A stretch of DNA of 64,000 nt from Octopus vulgaris (GCA_951406725.2 OX597833.1:37014001-37078000), one strand, 5' to 3'. Positions 26,560-44,668 are shown, counted from the stretch's first letter. Made by a program: numbers and translations. The notes: generated from the letters alone by a model not told the origin.

Positions 26560-27899
26560 AAATTGTTTATATTAATACGGACGTGTAAGCAATTTAGGTA
26601 TGAAATATAAATTATCTTTGCCTGTTTTAAATTGCGAAACAATTGTTGTGAGATAAATAAAAAATTTCCAATGGTTGAATAAATATTATCATTCTATTTC
26701 TCCCGTCATTTATAAAGAAAGAAAGGCACTCAACACCATTTTTTGGGAGTTACATGTATGGATGAAAACAATTTGATTCAAATTCTGTTTCAAAGCGTGA
26801 TACTAATCCTCAGCCATTGGAAATTTGTTTATTCAAATTTCTAATGGTCGGAGATTAGCATCACTCTATGAAACGTGACGGAATTTGAATCAAACAGTTC
26901 TGATCAATATATATATACATTTCCAAGTAAGTTTATCTTAATAATTTTGATGCAACTCTGACCTGTACTCTCTCTCTCTCTCACTCCCCTTTCGTTTTCT
27001 CTCTCTTCCTTTCTGTAATTATTTTTTCTCCCCTTCACCGTTTTCTATCTGTCCCCCCTCTCTCTCTCTCCCTCTTCCTCCTGTACTCTCTCGTAGCTCA
27101 CACTTGACCATCGTCCATCTTTCTTTCTCCACGTGATCATCTTTCTTTTCTTTCGGTCAGTGTCACAGACCAGACACATTCTTGTCTGTCTCCTCTCCTA
27201 TCTTTTCTCCTGTCAAAGATTGTTCCTCTAGCGTTCGCTGGTAGTGCTGGCAATGTTACCTGACCGCCTGAACAGCACGTACCATTTGTTTCATTTGAAA
27301 ATTTTAAACCTCTACAGAAACGACAATTTGTGTTTAGCACACCATTTTGGACAGAGTTATCATTTTTATAAGAATGGGATGGATCATATCTGAAAATAGC
27401 TTCAGGAGTTGTGAAGAACGAATTTGTACGTAGTCTGTTTCTGAGAGCTATTCTATTGGACCTCTGCCTAATCATTAAAACATTGATTTAATGATCCAGC
27501 AGTAAGTGCTGTAGCATGCATTTGCTGATCCTGGGAAAGTCTCATTTCCCTTCTCTCTTGAGACTCCAGCTGACGTGCTGTAGCATGCTTTGTTATCTTG
27601 AGAGAATCTCATCTCGCTTCTCTCTTCAGACCCTCGTCTTCGGTTTTCTACAATCCTCCTTGCTTTATACTTGTTTCTAGAGAGATTACGGCTTGTCTTT
27701 GGTGGCATATTTTTTCCAATATTGTAAACAAAAAATTATGTACGTAGAAAGAAATTATACATTAATCCCTATTTTTGTAAGCAGTTGTATGTATATAGTA
27801 TGCTTTTATTTTTCTATACAGTATAAATTAACCAAATAGAAGCACATGCATGAACTGCTAATTTAACGATATATGCGACAATAATTATTATAGATAATT

Positions 27900-27946
<47 letters not shown>

Positions 27947-28334
27947 GCACATGTATCAAATGTTAATTTAAGGGTAAATATGTAACTGTAAATACCTTGC
28001 AACAGCTGCGATAATTATTAACTGGTAACTGAACGATAAATGTGTATTCTTATATACTTAGGGCCTGCCACCTCATTGTTTTTGTGAAGGATTTCACCTC
28101 CAGCCGTTCGTTATGTCAGTCAACACATACACTGACACACCATTCTGCTATGGTGGCCGATGCGTAATGTTATTCATATTAGGATGCAAATTATTTATTT
28201 ATTTCAAATATAATAAAAATAAGATGATCTTAATGTTATCACATTGGAAATAAAAGTGAAAGAATCAAAGTGAAACAATGTTATAGCTTTATCACATTAT
28301 AGATGACAAGTAGCTTTCTTTATTATAATACAGA
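26560..28334 (-). mobile_element. Internally deleted Helitron retaining the N-terminus of Rep/Hel (27240-27708)
   Basis: MPPKTSRNLSR... then AIFRYDPSHSY...NCRFCRGLKFSNETNGTCCSGGQVTLPALP, the Helitron N-terminal zinc finger (C-x2-C..KF..E..G.CC..G.V.LP). Probable 5' end A|TCTGTATTATAATAAAG at 28334; 3' end not located. Confidence 0.75.
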
Positions 28335-28529
28335 TGTGACTAATTCGGCGAAACATTACTTTCATTATTGAAACGTCATCACTCTCGTAATGCAACACTG
28401 TAATTTTGGTTGAAATTGAAAGTATGAAACTATTTTTACTTTCTAATGAAACCTGGTCGTTGTAGAGCAGTGTCTTTCAAATAACTATTGCTGGTTGTTG
28501 AGATATATATAATTCTTCAGATATATATA

Positions 28530-29819
28530 CGAGGGGCGTTCAATAAGTAATGCCCCTGACCCACTTCCCATAGCAGAAGAGCAACGAAACTTGGCACAGT
28601 TATTAGTCTTTTTCTACATAGGAACCACCCAGAGTTACGCATTTCTCCCATCGTTTGATACGGCTCTGTAGACCGTTTTTGTAGAAGAACCCAGCTTGGT
28701 CCTCCAACCTCAATGTGACTTCAGAAATCAAGGCTGCTTCATCTGGGAAACGCTTTCCTTTCAAAAACAACTTCATGATTGGGAAGAGGTGAAAATCAGA
28801 GGGTGCAAGGTCAGGAAAGTAGGGGGGATGGGGAGGAGTTCATAGCCATACGCCTGTGCTTCTGATCTGGCGACAAGCGAGTTGTGGACCGGAGCGTTGT
28901 TCTGCAGGAGGAGGATGCCTTTGCTGATCTTGCCCCGCCTCTTGATTTTGATAACTTCTCTTAATTTCCTCAAAAGTGAAGCATAATAGGCTCCTGCAAT
29001 TGTGGTACCCTTTGCCAGGAAATCTGTCATCACTACTCTGTCCTGGTCCCAGAAGACTGTGAATATGACCTTGCCAGTGGAGGGCTGCACCCTTGCCTTC
29101 TTTGGAGGGGGTGAGTCACGGTGCTTCCACTGCATTGACTGGGATTTGGTCTCTGGATCATCGTGATGGACCCAGGTTTCATCCTGTGTAATCAGTCTTT
29201 TGAAAAATTTTGACTCATCTTCTTGGCACATCTCCAAATTCACCCTCGAGCACTCGACGCGTTCTTGCTTCTGGAAAGGCGTGAGCAACCTGGGAATCCA
29301 TCTGGCAGACACCTTTTGCATATGCAAATGGTCATGAATGATAGTTTCCACAGACCCGGTACTAATCTTGACCTCATGGGCTATTTGGCGAATAATTATG
29401 CGTCGATCTTCCAAAATGGCAGCCTCAACTTGACGGACAGATGCCTCATCAATGGCAGAAGGGGCGACCAGATCTGGGAGCTGTTTCCACAGAGTTCCGA
29501 CCATGTTTGAATTCACGATGCCAGCGTTTTACAAGGTCATATGATGGGGCATCATCACCATAAGTTACTTTCATTTCATCAAAAGTCTCCCGTGGTGTGC
29601 GTCCTTTCAAATACAAAAACCGGATCACTGCTCGACACTCAACAGGCTCCATTTCACACTTGACTCGGTTCAAACACCTGTAAATCAGAAACCACAATTA
29701 ATTCAGAGCTGTAATTTGTCACTTACTCTATAGAGATATAAATGATTGCACATACAAAATTTCAGCTAGATCAAATAACTGCAAGTGGGTCAGAGGCATT
29801 ACTTATTGAACGTCCCTCG
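28530..29819 (-). mobile_element. Full-length mariner element (1290 bp), 37-bp TIRs, TA TSD
   Basis: cgaggggcgttcaataagtaatgcccctgacccactt at the left end, reverse complement with 2 mismatches at the right end; TA at 28528-28529 and 29820-29821. Confidence 0.97.
28603..29652 (-). pseudogene. Mariner (D,D34D) transposase pseudogene
   Basis: MEPVECRAVIRFL...PRSGRP, WIPRLL, DETW, QNNAPVH (catalytic D to N), PPYFPDLAPSDFHLF, WEKCVTLGGSYVEKD*; frameshifts near 29460 and 28830. Confidence 0.93.
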
Positions 29820-30301
29820 TATATGTAAAGGAAAATATAGTTTATTTGGTAGTCAAAAAATTATTGGATATTTTGATACCCCATACGTCAAAATGGTCAA
29901 CCCAATTCTGGAATGGATAAGGAACATACGCGCGCATGCACACACACACACACACACACACACTCTCTCTCTCTCTCTCTCTCTCTCTCATACATAAGGT
30001 ATGAAACATCATACATAGAACATACATAAGGTATGAAATATCAGCAGTTATCATCCGCTATCCTTGTCTTTCATCTTCTCCTATAGAAACCTGTTTTCTG
30101 TCTCTGTTTCTTTCTCTTATCTCTGTCTTTTTCTCATTTTGTGTTCCTCCCGCTCATTCCGTAAAAATATATTTGAAGAGAGCAGAAATTGAAAGAAGAA
30201 AAAGCAAAAAGGACAGAGAGAAAGAAAGTGAAGGAGGTGGGAAGTGAAAGATTATTTACATTATTTACATTTGACAGATATTTGTCCTCGTCTTTGTTGT
30301 T

Positions 30302-30347
30302 AACATAACGTTTCGGCTGATATACCCTACGGCCTTCATCAGGTGTC
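30302..30347 (-). ncRNA. Minimal type I hammerhead motif
   Basis: gacac CTGATGA a ggccg..cagcc GAAA cg TT atgtt; core intact, one mismatch each in helix I and helix II. Confidence 0.75.
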
Positions 30348-30405
30348 TTGGGAAAATTTCGAACCTGGGTTCTCATTCCTAAGGTATTTTTGATGTTGTT
30401 GTTAC

Positions 30406-30452
<47 letters not shown>

Positions 30453-30632
30453 TCACTGCCTGGAATCGAACTCGGAATCTTGGGGTTAGTAGTCCGCGCT
30501 CTTAACCACTACATTATATTCCCATAGCGGGTTACTAACCCCAAGATTCCGAATTCGATTCCAGGTAGTGACCTGAATAACAACAACAACAACAACAAAT
30601 ACCATAGGAATGAGAACCCAGGTTCGAAATAA

Positions 30633-30678
30633 GACACCTGATGAAGGCTGGAGGGTATATCAGCCGAAATGTTGTGCT
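30633..30678 (+). ncRNA. Minimal type I hammerhead motif
   Basis: cac CTGATGA a ggctg(gagggtatat)cagcc GAAA tg TT gtg; core intact, helix III cg changed to tg. Confidence 0.75.
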
Positions 30679-31207
30679 AAGAACGAACAAGATGAGGACA
30701 AATATCCCTCATATGTAAATAATGTGAATAATGTAAATAATGTATATAATTCCTCCTCTATATAGAACTGTATATATATATTATATTATATATTATTTAC
30801 TATTTATTATTTAATTGAACTCCACGCATCCATTTCCAAGTAAGTTTATATATTTGTGTGTGTGTGTGTGTGCGTATGTATGTATGTGGAGATGTAAGCA
30901 TGCACGTATACATACAAAGACGTATGCATGACTGCATGCGTACAGACATGCATGCATACATTTATACCTACCTACATCTAGTTTTTGATATACATAAATG
31001 ATTTGAGAAACAGTGCTCAGTGTTGTAAGAATAAGATCCATATTAATATCTGACTTGAGAAATGTTATGACCCAGATGGAACTATTTTTACAATGATACA
31101 ATCTTATTTATTCCAGTACATAACTAGTCAGACACTTTTTCATGCGAGCGCGCAATTGACCGCAGCCAAACACTATCTCTTATAGACATACATATATAAA
31201 TATATTT

Positions 31208-31642
<435 letters not shown>

Positions 31643-31643
31643 C

Positions 31644-31727
<84 letters not shown>

Positions 31728-32140
31728 CGTGTGTGTGTGTGTGTGTGTTTGAAGTGATGTACAGATATTGTATATTGAGAAAAAGGATTTATCTGTCTAT
31801 TTATCTATTTATCTATCTATCTATCTATCTATCTATCCTTTCCCCATCCTTTATTATTTTTCTCTTTCTTGATGTCCTGAAACCTCTCTTTGTGTCTATT
31901 TCCCCCCTTTTTGCTTTTCTTTCTCCCCCCCTCCCGCCCAAAAAACAACAACAGAAACCGATATTCTCCTAATCTCAACAAACCAAAAAAGCATCCGATT
32001 CATATAAATGAACAACGAAACGTTCTGTTTTTATCATTTTTATTTTGACTTTGTTTTGACGAGTTCGAAAAACGAACAAAAGTACTAATAAAGAATTATC
32101 CAAAATTCTGACTGCCTCCTTTCTCTCTCTCTCTCTCTGT

Positions 32141-32212
<72 letters not shown>

Positions 32213-32275
32213 CGTTAATCTAATACATCTGTTTGTTGTCTACACCACCTGTCTTCGTTTTTTTTTGTGAATTCT

Positions 32276-32338
<63 letters not shown>

Positions 32339-32858
32339 ACACATGACATGTTTAATATATCTATAGGACATAACAGTGTATATATATGCATCCATCCATT
32401 TGTTTATCTATCTGCTTGTGTGTGTGTGGGGGGGGGGGTTGTAAGTTGAAAAATATCATAAACCAATTTCAAATGCATTTAATAGATATGTTTCAAGGTT
32501 ATGCGACAACTTTTTATGTAAAAACTAACTCATCAGTTGATTGCAAACGAAATATACCTATGTACGCAAATATATGTAAATTATAAATTTATCATTTGTA
32601 TATGTACGTATATATGCAAATATATGTAAATTATAACATACACACACACACACGATGGGCTTCTGTTAGTTTCCGTCTACCACTCATAAGTCTTTGGTTG
32701 ACCCGGGCCTATAGTACAAAACAGTTCCCCAGGGTGTAACTCAGTGGGTTTGAACCCAGAACCATGTATTTGGGAAGCCAAATTCTTACCTCACTGTGCA
32801 TATTATATACATGTACATACAGCAGATTGACGGTGAATTTATGCTATCTCTCCACTTC

Positions 32859-32891
<33 letters not shown>

Positions 32892-32934
32892 CAGAAAGGA
32901 TGGTATTAAAATACCATCACGAGTATATAAATAT

Positions 32935-33323
32935 TCTTTTACTTATTTCAGTCATTTGACTGCGGCCATGTTGGAGCACTGCCTTTAGTCGAATAAATCG
33001 ACCCCAGGACTTATTCTTTTTAAGCCTAGTATTTATTCCATCGGTCTCTTTTCCCGAACCGCTAGGTTACGGGGACGTAAATACACTAACACCGGTTGTC
33101 AAGCGATGGTGGGGGAACACAGACGCACAAGTACATACATACATATATATTGTTATATATATGTGTGTGTGTGTGTATGTATGTATGTTTGTGTATCTAT
33201 TTATCTATCTATCTATATATCTATATATCTATCTATCTATCTATCTATCTATACATACATACATACATACATACATACATACATACATACATACATACAT
33301 ACATACATACATACATACATACA

Positions 33324-33354
<31 letters not shown>

Positions 33355-33530
33355 GTACATATATACAACGGGCTTCTTTCAGTTTCCGCCTACTAAATCC
33401 ACTCACAAGGCTTTGATCAGCTCGAAACTAAAGTAGAAGACACTTGCCCAAGGTGCCATACAGTGGAACTGAACCCGGAATCATGTGGTTGGGAAGCAAG
33501 CTTCTTATCACACAGCCACTCCTACGCCTA
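32935..33530 (-). mobile_element. SINE family A with expanded internal microsatellites
   Basis: Tail at 32935-33120, (TATC)n/(CATA)n insert, head at 33368-33530; a further partial copy at 32655-32800. Confidence 0.88.
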
Positions 33531-33531
33531 T

Positions 33532-33569
<38 letters not shown>

Positions 33570-33854
33570 GAATACATTTATATATACATATTTATATATT
33601 CATACACACATACATACATACATATTTGCAAAGATATATATATATATATTGATTAATGGGGACCGACATAAAAATTCGAGGTAGATCTAGTTGAAGTACA
33701 CCATGTTTAATGACCAGACAGCACAACACAAAGCAACAGATAAATTATCCATTCAGGTAGCGTAGAGGCATCAGTGGTGGGAAGTTCATTGGTATTCGGC
33801 ATTCTGCAAATCGTGCACTATCCAAAACTGACTGGAACTTTAAGCGTGTCGTAA

Positions 33855-34245
33855 TCTCTCTCTATATAAAGCTGAAGTTGTCTGTGTACGGCGGGTTTGG
33901 TAGCCTTCAACTAACACTACCTCTTCCGAGACCCTGCGGCGAAAGTTGATCAAAATTGAGAGTATGATAGAAGAAGGTCTGCTCTTCCTTCCGTAGAAGA
34001 AAAAATTCGAATCGGACCATGTTAACACCAAAAATTATCTACATCAAAAAGGTGCTTTTTTCTATGAAAATCCCTATTTTTTACGATTTTTTGACTGCTG
34101 TGTCGCCATTTTTCGGTGTATTTCAACCAGAAAAATGTTCACTTAAAGAGAATAACAAGCTACATAATGCAAAAGTTTTACTTTTCAAAAATTCCAATTC
34201 TAAAGGGTCGAAACAAACCCGACCAACGCCGGGCGATACTGCTAG
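33855..34245 (+). mobile_element. Non-autonomous Helitron
   Basis: A|TC start, 3' cccgaccaacgccggg hairpin followed by CTAG|T; homologous to 38370-38760. Confidence 0.9.
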
Positions 34246-34559
34246 TGTAATAATAAAGACAGACGTATGGGTTATACGATACACTTTTAAATATTTCATT
34301 TAGAGATTATACAGTAAACTCCCAAAAGACGTAGTAACATATTTTAGTAAACTATGTTGCTTTGTTCTTTAACGTAGCGACATATCAATAGTTTTACCTG
34401 TCTACATTATGGTTTGGGACTTTCAGTGTAACGTGTTTGATAATTTTATAGATGCTATACGACTGTATGATATTACATCTCCCCCCCTGCCCCCCCCAAC
34501 CCCCTTCGTGAAATATTTGCAGATATACCATATAATCCATTTGTCGGTTTCTTCTTCTT

Positions 34560-34627
<68 letters not shown>

Positions 34628-34673
34628 ACTACTACTACTACTACTACTACTACCACTACCACCACCACCATTA

Positions 34674-34727
<54 letters not shown>

Positions 34728-34744
34728 ACCGTTGTTGTTGTTGC

Positions 34745-34925
34745 CGGACAAAAATGCTGAGCAGAATTTCGTCCAACTTCGTGTTCTGAGCTCAAATTCC
34801 GCCGTGGTCGACTTAGCCTTTCAGCCTTTCAGATTCGATAAAGTAATTAACCGTTATGTACCGTGGCTGATGTAATGAACTTAACCTCTCTCACTCGAAA
34901 CTGCCGGCCTTGTGCCTATAGTAAA
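34745..34925 (+). mobile_element. SINE family B, partial
   Basis: gttctgagctcaaattccgccgtggtcgacttagcctttca matches the 7141 copy. Confidence 0.75.
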
Positions 34926-34977
34926 AAAGATCACTATAATTAAAACACACATACACATTTATATATACATATATATG

Positions 34978-35338
<361 letters not shown>

Positions 35339-36433
35339 ATGGGAAAGGGAAGAGATAATAAGGTTCGATGTCATAATGAATGTGTGGAGATTTCAGAAAG
35401 AAATAAAAGGTAAAAATGATTGTGTATGATAAAATGTTTGAAAACTAACTTTGATAGAAAGGAGTGTAGAATACATGGTGTGTGTGTGTGTGTTCGTGTG
35501 CATGTATGTGTGTATGTGTGTGTGAAAGAAAGAGAGTGGTGGGGGGGGGGGGCACAAACATACAGAGAAACGGACAGACAGAAAGCTTACCCAAGGAGAA
35601 GTAAAAGTTGAAAGAGAAAAAAAAGTCTTGTGAGCAGGATATGATATATTGAGCATGAACGAGGAAGTCGATTGAAGAAGTGGTGCTTTTTTTTTTTTAC
35701 TCCCAAGTTAAGCTTGATTGAGCAGATATGGAAAGGGCAAGTGAAACAAATAACGTTAGAGAAAAAGAGAGAAGAGGGGGAAGGAAGAGGCGGAGGCAGA
35801 AAAAAGAAAAAAAATGAGTGGATGAGAAATGAAATAGGGATAATAATAAAATTAGAAAGATAACTGAGAAAAAACTAAAGAATCGTTATCCTGATTGACT
35901 GTTGTGTCGTCGAGACAGTGGTTGGGCCTGTCACGTGATCAAAAGTCACATTGTGCCTTCTCCGCCTTTTTTCAACTCTGTTTATCTCATTAATAAACTT
36001 AACATTTTGTGGACCTCCTCCATGTTCACTTCTGTCTCTTTTTCATCTATAATTAGAAACATCCACGCACACACACAATTATTCACACACGCGCGCATAC
36101 ACACATATTCACCATGCATTGTATACTATGTGTATGTAACAATAGGTACTGATATTCACGATATGTATAATAATACAAACATGATATATGCAAATAAATA
36201 TATGTATATACTATAAATTCAATTAGAGGAGATGCTCATGTGCGTATGTGTGTACGTAAGTGCATATATATGTATTAACACACAAATATATATACTCACA
36301 CATATACATGCGTTATATTTATTGTGCGTATCTATATTGCACATTTACGTCAAATGTATAGAAAAAAATTTTAATTCATGTATTTACACATTATACGTAC
36401 ATATATATATGTACATATGTATACATACATACA

Positions 36434-36516
<83 letters not shown>

Positions 36517-36519
36517 TAC

Positions 36520-37040
<521 letters not shown>

Positions 37041-37200
37041 GAATGAAGAGAAAGCCATAAAGACCGATAGAATAAGTACCAGGCTTAAATAAGAAGTACA
37101 GAGATCGATTCATTCATTCTGCTAAAAATCCAAGACCGAGCCAAAGCATGACCGCAGTATAATGACAGAAACAGGTTTTAAAATAGATATATATATTCAC

Positions 37201-37202
<2 letters not shown>

Positions 37203-37231
<29 letters not shown>

Positions 37232-37690
37232 TGTATGTATGTATGTATGTATGTATGTATGTATGAATGAATGTATGTATGTATGTATGCATGTATGTAT
37301 GTACGTATGTATGCAGGTATGTATGTATGTATGTATATATGTATGTATGTATGTATGTACGTATGCAGATATGCATTTATGTATGTATTATGTATGTATG
37401 TATGTACGTATGTATGCAGATATGTATGTATTATGTATGTATGTACGTACGTATGTATGTATGTATGTATGTATGTATGTATGTATGTATGTATGTATGT
37501 ATGTATGTATGTATGTATGTATGTATGTATGCATGTATGTATGTATGTACGTATGTATGTATGTATGTATGTATGCAGGTATGTATGTATGTATCATGTA
37601 TGTATGCAGGTATGTATGTACGTATGTATGCTGCATGTATGTATGCTGCATGTATGTATGTATTATGTATGTATACATTGTATGTATGTA
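37203..37690. repeat. Degenerate (TATG)n tetranucleotide tract
   Basis: Directly visible. Confidence 0.97.
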
Positions 37691-37697
37691 TATGAAG

Positions 37698-37990
37698 ACA
37701 CATAGCTCAGTGGTTAGAGCGTCGGGCTTACAATCATGAGGTAGCAGGCTGTGTTGCATACTTGAGCAAGACACTTTATTTCACGTTGCTCCAGTTCACT
37801 CAGCTGTAGAAATGAGTGGCGACGTCACTGGTGCTAAGCTGTATCGGCCTTTGCCTTTCCTTTGGATAACATCGGTGGTTTGGGGAGGGGAGATTGGTAT
37901 GCATGGGCGACTGCTGGTCTTCCATAAATAACCTTGCCCGGAATGTAACTTTCAAGCTGCAATTCCATGGTCCTTCATGATCGAAGGAGC
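37698..37990 (+). mobile_element. tRNA-derived SINE, family C
   Basis: A-box tagctcagtggttagagc, tRNA-like anticodon arm, B-box deleted, then a CORE-like ttgagcaagacactttatttcacgttgctccagttcactcagctg segment. Confidence 0.7.
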
Positions 37991-38304
37991 TCTGTCTGTC
38001 TGTCTGTCTGTCTGTATGTATGTATGTATTTATGTATGTATGTATGTACATACACACACATACATATATACATACATCATGCATACATACATACATACAT
38101 ACATACATACATACATACATACAAGTTATTGATTGTTTTTATGTATCGCTATAAATCAAAGGAATCACACATTAATTGTAGAATTACTTGAAATATTTGA
38201 ATAATCTTTCTCAATTCATTTGTACACAAGAAAATTCTGATTCACTTTGAAATTATCACCAGTAGTTGTCTTACTCTGAATGTCGGATGAAACCAGGGAT
38301 AATA

Positions 38305-38369
<65 letters not shown>

Positions 38370-38370
<1 letters not shown>

Positions 38371-38760
38371 CTATATATATAAAGCTGAAGTTGTCCGTGT
38401 GTGGCAGGTTTGGTAGCCGTCAACTAACACTATATTCTCCGAGACCCTGCACCGCAAGTTGACCAAAATTGAGAGTATGATAGAAGAAGGCCTGCTCTTC
38501 CTTTCGTAGAAGATAAAATTCAAATCGGACCATGTAACGATCAAAAATTATTTACATCAAAAAGGTGCTTTATTTCTATGAAAATCCCTATTTATTAACG
38601 ATTTTTTGACTGCTGTGACGCAATTTTTCGGTGTATTTCAACCAGAAAAATGTTCACTTAAAGAGAATAACAAGCTACATAATAGAAAATTTTTACTTTT
38701 CAAAAATTCCAATTCTAAAGGGTCGAAACAAACCCGAGAAACGCCGGGCGATACTGCTAG
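38370..38760 (+). mobile_element. Non-autonomous Helitron inserted in an (AAT)n tract
   Basis: A|TCTATATATATAAAG...cccgagaaacgccggg...CTAG|T with (AAT)n on both sides. Confidence 0.92.
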
Positions 38761-38794
38761 TAATAATAATAACAACAACAACAACAACAACAAC

Positions 38795-38841
<47 letters not shown>

Positions 38842-38866
38842 TAATAATAATAACAATAATAATAAC

Positions 38867-38920
<54 letters not shown>

Positions 38921-39397
38921 TATTATTATTATTATAATATTAATAAAAGTAATAATAATAACGACGATGATGATGATTATAGCACACACACGCACAACCG
39001 CGCTCACACACACACAGACACTGTAATAAGAAAATCAGTTGACAAAGGAATAAACGATTATCTTAAGAAACGCCATTAGCTTACATACGTTTCTACTATA
39101 GGTTGCTGTGGACTCAGATGAATGCCTGAGTAACACCTTATTGCTTCATTGGAACCTCGGATATGACGTGTAATTCATTACATCAGTTCCAAGCAACTTT
39201 TAGCAGAAATAGTTATAAGCTAATAAAGTTCATAAGACAATCGCTTATTCCTTTGTCGTTTCACTTTCTTATGACAGCTCTGTCCTCGATTAACGATTCA
39301 TTCGGAAGCTTATGTGTATTGAGTTCTACACCAGGTTATTTAGTCTCACATTGGCTAAGCGAAATGTATATATATTCGTGTGTATATGGATGCTTAC

Positions 39398-39430
<33 letters not shown>

Positions 39431-39475
39431 TGTATGTATGTATGATGTATGTATGTATGTATGTGTGTATGTATG

Positions 39476-39511
<36 letters not shown>

Positions 39512-39550
39512 CAAACACACGTACGCATATAATATGCATATACATATATG

Positions 39551-39595
<45 letters not shown>

Positions 39596-39694
39596 GTTAA
39601 TAAAATAGAACATATGCATATATATAAACATATATGTACGTACCTACCTCTACATGTACATATATATACACATATATATATGCACATATATATA

Positions 39695-39859
39695 GGCGCA
39701 GGAGTGGCTGTGTGGTACGTAGCTTGTTTACCAACCACATGGTTCCGGGTTCAGTCCCACTGCGTGGCACCTTGGGCGAGTGTTTTCTACTATAGCCTCG
39801 GGCCGACCAGAGCCTTGTGAGTGGATTTGGCAGACGGAAACTGAAAGAAGCCCGTCGTA

Positions 39860-39897
<38 letters not shown>

Positions 39898-40123
39898 TGT
39901 GTGTGTTTGTGTGTCTGTGTTTGTCCCCCTAGCATTGCTTGACAACCGATGCTGGTGTGTTTATGTCCCCGTTACTTAGCGGTTCGGTAAAAGAGACCGA
40001 TAGAATAAGTACTGGGCTTACAAAAGAATAAGTCCCGGGGTCGAGTTGCTCGACTAAAGGCGGTGCTCCAGCATGGCCGCAGTCAAATGACTGAAACAGA
40101 TAAAAGAGTAAAAGAGTAAAGAG
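39695..40123 (+). mobile_element. tRNA-derived SINE family A, full-length
   Basis: ggcgcaggagtggctgtgtggta head (A-box), ggttcagtccc (B-box), CORE-like ccttgggc segment, internal (TA)n(TG)n, tail of taaaagag repeats; CpGs retained. Confidence 0.92.
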
Positions 40124-40191
40124 TATACACGTGCATATATACACGAATATATCTACATTTCGTTTGAAACGTGTAGGTCTATGTAAAGCTA

Positions 40192-40253
<62 letters not shown>

Positions 40254-40331
40254 TATATATGTGTGTGTGTGTGAGAAAAGGATTAAAAGTAATGTTATGC
40301 AACTTTGTGATAATCCACATTATCATTGTTG

Positions 40332-40368
<37 letters not shown>

Positions 40369-40559
40369 AAATATATGTATAGAGAGAGAGAGGGTGGAGG
40401 AGGTAGGGAGAGAGCGGGAGAGGGAGAAAAAAGTGATAGGAAGAGGGGTAAGGAGAGTAAAAGGGGATGCTACAGAAATACATATACAAGCACATAATTA
40501 TGTGCATGAATTATATAATACATACATACACTCGCTGTTGTACAGGAGATAAATCAATA

Positions 40560-43545
<2,986 letters not shown>

Positions 43546-43855
43546 TCCACACGTGCAATCATTTCTACATATATACTATACGCACCCGCGCACACAGACA
43601 CAGAATAACGTATTCACTACATAGATACATGTGTATGTGTGTGTGTACTAATACACACACACACACTATGTAGAGAATATCTTTTATTCGTTCATGCTGG
43701 AAGCTGCTGTTTTCACTCTATCTCCGTCATTCTCAAACACACTTACACATTGAACGTTGGATATGTTTGGATAACATCGGTGGCTTTTGGAGTGAGAGGG
43801 AAAAGCTTTCTCCTTAAAGTACATTGTATCGATTGCCTTCTGTAAACGTGTATTA

Positions 43856-43890
<35 letters not shown>

Positions 43891-44563
43891 GTTCATACAT
43901 ACATGTATAGAAATATGTTGTATTTATATATGTATGTATATACGTGTGTATGCCGATATATATTATATACATGTGTTTGTGTGTGTGTGTGTGTGTGGAT
44001 ATGTGCGTATGTAAGCTCCGGACTCGGGATACATTTTGTCTTCACCAAAACTACTCTACCAGCCGGCTAATTTTGAGTACTGTAATTATTACAGAAACAA
44101 ATTGAAGTACATGCATTACACGAAAATCAAACAGGCTCAACTCGAACCCTACCAGAAGAGAAAAAAAAATCCACGTAAGATTGCAAGTTATATATTTTGT
44201 CTAAAATATTATTTTGTGTTGAATCGAAAAACTTATATTTCATGATTATTCATTGTTTAGGCCTTATTTAGAGATAATTAAACGAATTTACACTTCAGTG
44301 ACGGTTAAATTTTCTTCATATTTATATTCTTTATACACTTGTTATTGCGGCAATGCTCTTAGAACCGAAATGGCTGGAAACCACAAAGAACACCACTCTA
44401 AGTCTAATTAACCTTAATTATAGTCGATGTGTGGCTGATATATCTATGTGTGTGTGTATATATATGTAGGTATAAATATAAATATCTGTCCACCTATCTC
44501 TCTCTCTCTCTTTATATATATATATATAAATACATCTCTCTATATATAAATATTTTTTTTCTG

Positions 44564-44668
<105 letters not shown>

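Larger units (their letters stand above)
30251..30772. mobile_element. Head-to-head inverted pair of a tRNA-headed, hammerhead-containing SINE-like element
   Basis: Minus copy 30251-30523: tRNA-like head (A-box-like tgtagtgg, B-box gttcgattc), (AAT)n, HHR. Plus copy 30528-30772: truncated head, (AAC)n, HHR, 3' end tatagaactgta. Confidence 0.85.

Noticed and set aside
30451-30523. Possible tRNA gene
   Set aside because: Acceptor stem does not pair, no oligo-T terminator, and it is duplicated as part of a repeat; treated as a SINE head.
37698-37760. Possible tRNA gene
   Set aside because: T-arm/B-box is missing and it continues into SINE body sequence.
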